From NCBI GenBank assembly GCA_000091205.1, contig AP006497.2: DNA of 64,000 nucleotides, one strand, 5' to 3'. Under the pieces are notes generated by a model. It saw nothing but the letters and a program-made list of their open reading frames with translations. It was not told where the DNA came from and made no database searches. The translations under genes and the position numbers were made by a program. The stretch's first letter is position 1. Each line of letters starts with the position of its first letter. Below are positions 32,701-41,072 of the stretch, piece by piece. Source of the stretch: Cyanidioschyzon merolae. Lineage: Eukaryota.

Positions 32701-33945
32701 TCTACGGTCGTGAGCCATTTTTCGTCTTGCTGAGTATATATATGGACGCTAGTGGAGGCGATGACTTAAACTACGCATAAGCGACATTCCGCGGGGATGT
32801 TCCCGAGGGCCTTGTCCTGATGTGTTACCCGGTATCGCGCGCTCCCTGACCAATGTTTCAGTTTGCCGGGCAGTAGGTGAACCAGCCAGCTATCCAGCGG
32901 GTTGTTTAGGTACAGGCATATTACATTCCCTTAAATTCACGAATCTTTTTAAGGAATCCTCTTGTTTCATACTACTACTTCCGTGCTTTTCGCGCTTAAA
33001 CTGAAATGCGCACAGAATACTCCGTCATGGATACCGATTGCGCAGCGCCTGCTTCTCTTCCACATGCGTGTGTCTCGGACCTAAAAAGTGCAGTATTTTG
33101 CGGTTATCCTGGAGTGTCGCCCTATCCACCGCAGAAGTAAACTCGTCCGGTGCCTGCTTCTTCCGATGCGCTGCGGCTGTACTGAACAGCAACGCCCGCT
33201 GAGACGCGGTCGTTGTGGAGTATTCACGTCGCAACCCAGCCAAGCGCAGCTTCCATACAAGGAAAGAAAGCTCTAGCGTCTCCTTTAAGTGTTGCCGACG
33301 TTGCGTTGGGGAACACCACTGGCCAGTTCGACCTTGGTGATGCGCCCGCCCATCTTCATGATCCGCTGCTGCTCGCTGTACCAGGAAGTGAACGGCACCA
33401 TCTTCGTTGTCGCAACGTTCTGCAACTCGCGACCGCTGTCAACACGTGACTGACTGGGCAGCACATACGAGACCTTAAACATGCGGCGATCATTCGCAAC
33501 GCCAGATGACTTGATGCGCCGCGGTCCGAGGTTCCCCGCGCTGCTCCCGTTCATATCGTACCCTGTCATGCGGACGCTCCAGGACGAGTGTGCCAAGCAC
33601 CGCTGCGACTCTGCAGACTTTGCAGAAGCCTTAACACCTGTTCCAAAGAAACTGGTCTGAACGAACATGGTCAACGAACGAAGAAACACAGAGAACAAAG
33701 ATATCGCGAAGTTGTGAGTCAAAAGACGGTGGTGCAGCGAGCGCAGCCGGCGAGCTCGCTTGCGTATTCTCGCCACGTTCTCGCCGGCCGTGTACAGTAG
33801 TGGCGATCGGCGCGCCTTGGACAAAACGTCTCCAACTGATGTGCAGACGCCTCCCCGTCTTTTTGGACCGGCCACCAACTACTTCTTCCAATTTTATCTC
33901 ATATAGTTCGACCTTAGAAGGTTGTCCAAAAAAGTACCTTCTTGT

Positions 33946-35655
33946 TCACTCTGGAGGTCTCGTCTCCAGCACCGCACATCTCCTGATATTGATGGCAGCG
34001 TTAAAGTCTCGGTTCGCAAACTCCATACGTTTCTTACCATCGTTGGTTGTACTTACTAATGCAAGTAGCCCTCGAAGTTTCGCCCTCCTTTCCATTTGCT
34101 CTTCCGTCAGCGGTCCGTACTTTTTTGCATCCTCAGGGCTCCGCTGGCACTTTTCCATCTCCACTCTCTGGAGCGTGCGCCCCCGCTCATGGTGTGAATG
34201 CGATGTTCGAAACTCATCTATCGGTATTGTAACAAAACGCCGTGCGCACTCCTTATACGTTCTCGTCGTTGGAGCTGGTGCAGTCCCTTTTTGGGTCTTC
34301 CATCGCCCTGCTCCGTACGCTACTACGAGCCTCTGACTTTCATCCTCCTTCAGGGCACTCAACTGATTGAAAAAATTCGCGAACGCCCGCTGCTTCCCAC
34401 AATACAAGTTCATTCGAAGACGAGCCCACCGGGGCTTGGTATACTCCTCCCACAGCGCATCCCAATGGGCAACACGAACTTCCATGAATTTCCGAAAAGC
34501 TTTAAAGTCCGCTCCTCGACTCATCACCTCGCTCAAAGCTTCCAGGTGCTCGTTCATTCCTGAATTTCAAGTCTCGATTTTGTTCCTTGCATTCATGCTT
34601 CCCGATTCTCGATAATATCTCGCTCTCGAGAACCTCAACAGACGCATGTCTTTCTGACATAAGTTACCGTCAGGACCATCTTCCGCACGCTTCGGTGCTG
34701 CGATGGTGATGATATTTGTGTTGCCGGGGTCCGCGCCAATGACAAAGTCGTTATCCTGCACTTTCCGCGTCTCAGGATCTGCTTCTTTCTCATCTTCATC
34801 CTTCGTCACCTCAACGACATGCACGTTATCCTGCACCTGCTGCATCGCAGGATCCTCCTTTTCGTTTTCTTCATCCTTCGCCGCGTCAACGACAAGGTCG
34901 TTATTCTCTACCTCCTGCGTCGCGGGATCCGCCTCCTCCTTTTCCTCATGGTTCGCCGAGGGCGGGACTGGTCGATCTCTCTTCAACCGCCGATAGTGTA
35001 CACACAAGGCTACTCCATCGGTTTCGATTAACCCAGTGGACAACTTTTGCTTGCTCACTCTCAGACGTTTGGAGCTGAAGATATTCTTCCAGGACATCTC
35101 CCGGTTTTCACCGGAAAACTCCTCCCTGCTAACATCGAACTCGGGACTGATCTCCTTCATGATGCCATGAGGGATTCTGGAGTCGATAGTCACGAAATGT
35201 GACTTGATATTGGACATTGGAACGACGTTGAAGCGCTTCTCCTTTAGGACAGCCTTCCTTTCCTCCCACTCTAAATTTTCCCTATTCAGCCTCATCTCTG
35301 CTTTGCGTTCGAGCTCTCGGTCGAGAAATACGAAATATCGCAGGAAAAGGCGATAGTATCTTTCCTTATCTTTTTTCAACTCTGATATCTTGTCTGTTGG
35401 ATTCGCCATCCCCAAGATTGCACGGTGCGCTTGTAGAACCGCGCGGATTACAGAAGCCTCATTCGTGCTCTCGTTTGACCCCTTCTCTCCGGCGAATTCG
35501 ACCTCATCTTGATGCTTACGATCTTTCGTGATGCCATTCATAATCGCCCATTTTCCATTGCGCGATAGGCCCGGGTAGAGTGCAATCACGGCGCGTATCA
35601 TGAAACGTTCGAGGCTCGTTGTCAAATGGTTCTTCAGGTTCGTGAGGTACTTCAT
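33946..35655 (-). pseudogene. TnpB/Fanzor-like RuvC nuclease (OMEGA-family, eukaryotic Fanzor-type) gene, recently pseudogenised (copy A)
   Basis: ORFs 34567..35655 and 33946..34557 share one frame and are split by a single TGA. The first ORF contains the RuvC-I motif DFVIGADPGNTNIITIA. The second contains a TnpB-like zinc-finger region with Cys replaced (FVTIPIDEFRTSHSHHERG, compared with V.KVNPAYTSQTCSCCG) and the RuvC-III hallmark MEFANRDFNAAINIRRCAVLETRP. A second TGA sits where copies B and C have Leu. The same frame stays open upstream to about 36084 (ORF 35794..36084), interrupted by TAA and TGA. The putative RuvC-II Glu appears replaced (LVVAYGAGRW). Confidence 0.7.
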
Positions 35656-36989
35656 CGCTCCGCATGTGTAAATATCCCGGTGACTCTTGTACCGACGAAC
35701 CCGTAAGAGGGATGTTTTTCGTGGAAGGCATGCACTAGCTCATTTTTCCTCCGCGCTTCCTCTGTACCAAGCATCAGGTGATGAATAAAGGTCTTATCGA
35801 AAAACCCGTCCGGGAACCTCGACCGTTTCCATGTGCGTCACGTCGCGATACATCTCCCTCGCCAAATACATCAGTCCTGACGACGCCTTGACAATACTCT
35901 TGGAGTACGAGTCGACACGTTTTTTGATAGCGTCTCGCAACTTTTCGCTGTACGGATCCTTGATATATCCAAGAAGAAAGGTTTTCACCACCTTCTCGTC
36001 GTACAGCCGTCTTTCTTGCTGCCTTCGACGTAGGGCCTCCCCCTTTTGCTTCTTTTCCTCTTCCTTTTCTTCTGGAATGGGCACTGTTTTTTGTTTTTTC
36101 TCCAGCAGCCGGCGACCCTGGGCCTCCAGGATCGTGAACTTGCTTTTTCACAGCTTTCCTTGTTTTGTTTTTTTTTTGAAAAAGAACGCTCTTTGAACCC
36201 TTCTGTTATATACTGCAAAAAACACTAGACTAGACTTGTTTGAAGTTTGAAACAAAAACGAACTGAAAGACTGTACTTTGCTATGACCTCAACGGAAATC
36301 CAACTTTCTACAGCTGAACAACACGCTAGAGATCAGGATCGCGTTTCCGTTCAACGGAGGCATACGCGTCGTGTCTCATGCCTGCCTGATCTCCCAGTTG
36401 CGCTCACTGAGCGCGATGCGTGCACCGCGCGAGACGCCTCACCGATCAATAAAGGACACGTGTCCGACACCCTGCATTGGCACGTGCGTGTTCGCATCGC
36501 ACTGCAGCCAAAATAACGTATCGTAGATCGGAAACTCACGTAGAATGCACTCCTGCTATAGGCTATGTCGTTGGTGCCTATCGCAGTGCCGCCCTGAAGC
36601 ACAGTCGGTGTTGTGGCACGCTTGGATCTCCATAATGCCTCCAGAAGAAGCGTAGCTTTCGCAGCGGCTCACGCTTGTCTGGATGAGGTGTGCATCACAC
36701 TAGCCTTGAAGAGTTTCGTTAGTTTTATTGATCGTAACCAAAGTAGGCATATTAGTGTTCCCGAACACGGCTACAAGTTTATTCCCTATGCTTGTTATGC
36801 ATGCTGCACGGACGCTGCAGGGAGTATCTAATTTGAATTGTGCTTCTATCCTGCGTCATAGGCTGGTACTGATGACAGCTCAAGTCATTTCCATGCTGCT
36901 TTCGTTGTCTAAATTATGGTGCCTGCTTCGTCCTCCGGATCCGGTGATCTTGGCAGAGGCAGAGCACACTCGACGGGCCCTTTGCTATC

Positions 36990-37125
36990 GGTTTCAGCTT
37001 CTCCTTGTTCAACTCTGGGCTGGGAGGTTCCCCCATAAAGTTGGACCGCGTCAGCTCCGCCGATCGCGCCTCCACCACCATACATCATCTGACATTGATG
37101 GCGTTTTGTCTAAAACGCTCGTGAT
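36990..37125 (-). mobile_element. highly degenerate TnpB/Fanzor-like remnant (copy D), frameshifted
   Basis: Minus-strand frames give ...LYHERFRQNAINVR* and, at +1, CMVVEARSAELTRSNFMGEPPSPELNKEKLKP. Together these are colinear with NRDFNAAINISRCAVLKTRPAELTPSTFVRHPL in copies A to C. The antisense signature RSRLHHHTSSDIDGV is visible in ORF 36728..37156. Confidence 0.4.
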
Positions 37126-37497
37126 AGAGCTGAGGTCAAGAAGCGATCAATCTTGACCGACGCTATCAAACGAGCGGTAACAGAAGCTGAGGGCTGTAGC
37201 CGGCACCAGGTGCTCTGGTGCCTACATGCTGGCCGTGAATCGTGCGTGACGAAGCCGCACAGCATGCCACGGTTTCCTAGTACGTAAACCAAGCACGTAT
37301 TCGAAACGTTCGGGTTCAGTGTGATGACGAGTCGCCGCTGCGGCATTCTGGGAAAATCATCCGAGTGCGCTATGGTTTTTCGAATATCGAGCATCATCAC
37401 GAGTGTGGGTGCGCTTCACTGCACGAGTTGCAACGATCACCGAATCCACCATCATCCAAAAGTGACGAAAATTCACATGCGCACCGGCCTCGCACCT

Positions 37498-37877
37498 CTA
37501 GGTCAGGACGTGCCCACCAGCACGCAAACAAATTTCGTGCCCCGCTGTGCTTTCACCAAAAACGAAAGGAAACATGCGTTTCCTCGACCAGGGATAGAGG
37601 GTTCCGAATTCCTTCAGATACTGCCGATGTTTCGCCCGAACCCAGACCAGCATCTGCAGTGTGCCCACGAGCATACACAGGATGCCTGCGATTGTTCGCA
37701 TCATCGAGATCAATCCTACGCACGCCAGTACCTCAAATATGCAGTTCGGATACGACACGAACTCGAAAAGCAAGCCGAATGGGATCCGCCACCAGCGGCG
37801 ACCGCGAAACCCGATTGCAAACCGCTCCCGCAAGCCATTTGGGCAAACGAGTGGTGCAGCGCGCATGTTCATATAAT

Positions 37878-37916
<39 letters not shown>

Positions 37917-37935
37917 TGCAAATACCCCACTGCAT
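37498..37935 (-). CDS. possible fragment of an ICMT/PEMT-like membrane methyltransferase C-terminus (very tentative)
   Basis: WVRAKHRQYLKEFGTLYPWSRKRMFPFV resembles the EE.L...FG..Y..Y...V...IPF C-terminal motif of the isoprenylcysteine/phospholipid methyltransferase family. The poly-Leu stretch is just the antisense reading of the CAG repeat. The frame is not continuous with the upstream ORF. Confidence 0.2.
37880..37912. repeat. (CAG)11 trinucleotide repeat
   Basis: cagcagcag...cag read directly. It is read as poly-Gln, poly-Ala or poly-Leu in overlapping ORFs, and lies just upstream of the MPV17-like start. Confidence 0.85.
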
Positions 37936-38629
37936 CTGCGCAGTTCCTGGACCAGCACCGATGAGGCACGTGCGGGGCAGTCCAGCCGTGCAGGCTGTTG
38001 CTAACTTATACGATCGGTACCTTCGCAGCCTCCAGCGATACCCCGTAACTACAAAGTCGCTGACTGCTGCCTCGGTTGGTGCTGCAGGTGACGCGTTGGC
38101 GCAGTTGCTCGAACGTCGTCAGCGAACACCGACAGCTGAGCGATTGGGAGACCCTGGTCCACAGAAGCCGTTTAACTGGCGAAGGCTAGTGTTATTCGCA
38201 ACGTTCATGGGTGTCTTTAGCGCACCAGTTTCTCATTATTGGTACCTTTGGTTAAGCAAACGCTTTCCCGCAACCAATATGGTAGCGGTTAGCAAACGCG
38301 TTGCCTGTGATCAGTTGCTTATGGCGCCGACAATCATCCCGGCAACACTGTTTTTTCTCGAGTACGCCGGGCGAAAGTTTGTCGCTGGAGAGAATGGTGA
38401 CGGCCTGTTGCGACACGCCTTGCAGGTCGCAAGCGAGGAAACCGGTCGTACGCTGCTGGCGAACTGGACGATATGGCCTATAGCGCAAGTTGTGAACTTC
38501 CGCTTCGTCCGCAACGAGCTGCAGGTCCTGTTCGCAAATCTGGTCGGTGTGGGATGGAATACCTTTCTCAGCCTTGTCGCTGCCGAAAACCTGCAGAAAA
38601 GCCATAAAACATTGACGAAAGCTGATTGA
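37916..38629 (+). CDS. Mpv17/PMP22-family peroxisomal/mitochondrial inner-membrane protein
   Basis: LYDRYLRSLQRYPVTTKSLTAASVGAAGDALAQ...WRRLVLFATFMGVFSAPVSHYWYLWL...VSKRVACDQLLMAPTIIPATLFF...TIWPIAQVVNFRFVRNELQVLFANLVGVGWNTFLS matches the Mpv17/PMP22 family along its length. The likely start is the Met near 37961. Confidence 0.8.
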
Positions 38630-40750
38630 GAAACCGGACGGGCTCGCCTGGTTGGATGCCGTCAATGCATCTTTCCCGCGAGCCGTTCAGGTACGATCAT
38701 CTGCTGGCAACGCCCTTCCTGCGTTCGTTCGCAGGCATCGTCATCGAGACCTGCTGCTCCTGGTTCGTGCAACAGACTACGCGGTGCGGGATGCCTCGAT
38801 GGTGGGGTTTATTTAAGGTGTCGGATCGAGGCATCCCCCGAATCTGCGATAGTCATCGGTCTCTGGTCGTGGATGCAATGGCACGGTGCTTTCGTTGCAA
38901 ACATGACGAAGATCATGGAACCGTTCAGTTCCGAGAACCAGACACAGTCTATGCCACAGGTGGACGGCCTAACGCACCTTGCATCGAATCATTGCGAAAC
39001 ATGGCCTGTGGATGGTTTCCCATGTGTGCCAGGTCGCCCGAAGCATTGCTCAGGTACACGCGTGGCGGAGTAAAACGGCCAATGTCCTGCAACACGGGCG
39101 CTCACTATGTGTTTGGAACTCTTCCCATGGCCATGAACACCAGTCTTTGCGGATTCACGCTGTGGCTGCTTCCTCTGTTCCCGCTCATATGTCCGGCCTC
39201 GTGACGTCGGTCTCTCCGCTCACTGCAGCTCGGCTTGCAGCGCCCGATGAATGTTCGCAGGAGTGTCCAAGTCCAGATTTGACCAGTTCCGACTGTAGTT
39301 CACGCATGTCATGAACTTTTTGGAATTTGCGATTCAAGCCTTGTCTGCCGTTCACAGCTTGTTTGTTTAAAGCATCTGCGCGTGCTTCGTAGCCTTGACA
39401 TCTGATTGTGGTCAGGTTTTCTCCAATGCCAATCGCAGCTCCTCCTGCTCCTGTTCCAGTTCGTCCGAGGTCTTCTCTATGGCACGTGAACGCTTCCTCC
39501 GTCGCTCAACAGATGCGAGTGACGGGTACCGAGGGCCCGCCACGATACAGTCCTCCCTTTTGCGCGCCCGGTGCCGTACGCTGGGATCACGGGCCCTTTC
39601 TAAGCGATATCCTCGGGGGTTACGCTGCATGCGTTACGCCCAAGCGTACGTTGGTCCATTCGAGAGCGTCTCTTTCGATTGCTATAGTATCCATGACAGG
39701 AACGAGTATCGGAAGGATGATCCAAACGGTAGACCGCCAAAATGAGAACTTTCCATCTACGTGCACCCGACTGATACAAAGCAGAGACGCACTCTCCATT
39801 GAAAGCGACCACTGCGACGACTCGAGTCCAAGTCCAGCACTCTTTTCCATGCGAACAGCAAAGACGGTTGCGCCCCTGAGAGCACATTCCAAGAAAGATT
39901 TCATGCTGGTGTCGAATGCCGTGTCGTCGTTGGCCACAAAGACAGATCGATTTGTTTCTTGAACTGTACGGATTCTTTCACGTCACAAGTTTCGTGCGCT
40001 TGCGGCATGCGCTTGTGAACAAGTCGTCACGAAACGATACCGAGCTCTTCTTCCTCGTCAGCCGAGCGGTGCGTTTCGATGTGCCCATGAGTTGCCGTGA
40101 AACAGAAAGATCAAAAACTTGAAAAATGCGTCCTTGGAGCATGATTCTCGTAAGAAAAATGGAAACATTAAAGACGATGCCTACGCTTTGGATACTGGTA
40201 TTGGTTAGTTTACGAACCCTTGTTTGAGGACGTCGCAAACCGTCGTGAGTCTGGTGACGTAGCGCACGCCAACGGCAAAGCGTCGAAGGAGTCGCTTTCA
40301 AAACACGACCGAGAATCCGATAACTATGCATCCATTGGCAAGTGCTTATGACTGCGCTTGGGGCGTGTCGATGTTGTCCATTTGAAACAAGTTCGGAGCG
40401 GACTCAACGGACGGGACTAGAGCCAGTCGTTGTGTTCCATGCTATGGGGCCACGAGCTTCGTGCACATCTCGAAACAAACTCGTTGCATAGGGTCCTCGT
40501 CTGTGCGTTCGCGCGGGGGCGGCATGGCGGTCCTTGTTTCGACCGATTACAACGAGGCGCTCACCACTGATGAATAGCTCCTCCTTTTGGAGAAACGTTT
40601 GGGAACGGCTGCGAGCAGTCGGGACCCGAGCGCCGCGGGGTCCCGTCGAGCGACCGCCCCCGCAGTGCAAGGACTTTCTGGACTGGGACGACCTCACGAG
40701 CTACGATAAACAATATTGTGCCCAGTTCCGGTTGGACGTGGTTTCGCACC

Positions 40751-40975
40751 TCATGAAACAGGTTAGGAAGGGAGAGATCCAGGATCCGCAGCTCCGCCAA
40801 CAGATTGAAGCACTCTGGAAGGAGATCACTGCTGCCAGGCAACGTTTACGTTCAAAGTGATGCGGCAGGTCCCTCAAGCGCCTTGTGAAACAGGTCAGGA
40901 AGGTCAAAGTCCAAGACTTGCAGCTCCACTCAGAGATTCAAGCACCCTGGAACAAGCTCACTCCCGCAAGCCAAG
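40751..40975. repeat. diverged tandem duplication of a ~95-bp segment (2 copies, about 131-bp period)
   Basis: 40751-40845 (ctcatgaaacaggttaggaagggagagatccaggatccgcagctcc...) and 40882-40975 (cttgtgaaacaggtcaggaaggtcaaagtccaagacttgcagctcc...) are about 75% identical. The first copy encodes the C-terminus of ORF 40534..40860. Confidence 0.6.
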
Positions 40976-41072
40976 ATGGACCTGTAAAGTAGGACCCAAG
41001 GCCCCGGTATCATGTTGCGATACCACAGGGAAGCGATCCCCCGGAGCCTCGTCTCCGAGGACGAGCGCGGCA

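Larger units (their letters stand above)
32200..37150. mobile_element. lower-GC (about 47-50%) island containing three TnpB/Fanzor-derived segments in mixed orientation, a probable nested or compound transposon relic
   Basis: Sampled 60-nt windows at 34601 and 35281 give 47-48% GC, against about 60% in flanking genes. The island contains copy C (+), copy A (-) and copy D (-). Its boundaries are approximate. Confidence 0.35.

Noticed and set aside
33285-33878. 197-aa ORF downstream of copy A as a ribosomal protein (bL19/bL27-like)
   Set aside because: The similarity by eye is only weak and patchy. It overlaps the conserved Fanzor 3' flank and hairpin, and may simply be an open frame in the element's non-coding end. 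I did not annotate it as a CDS.
33946-34569. UGA recoding (alternative genetic code) to explain in-frame TGA codons in the Fanzor-like copy
   Set aside because: RPN10 in the same window ends in TGA, the copy also contains a TAA, and one TGA replaces a Leu conserved in the sister copies.
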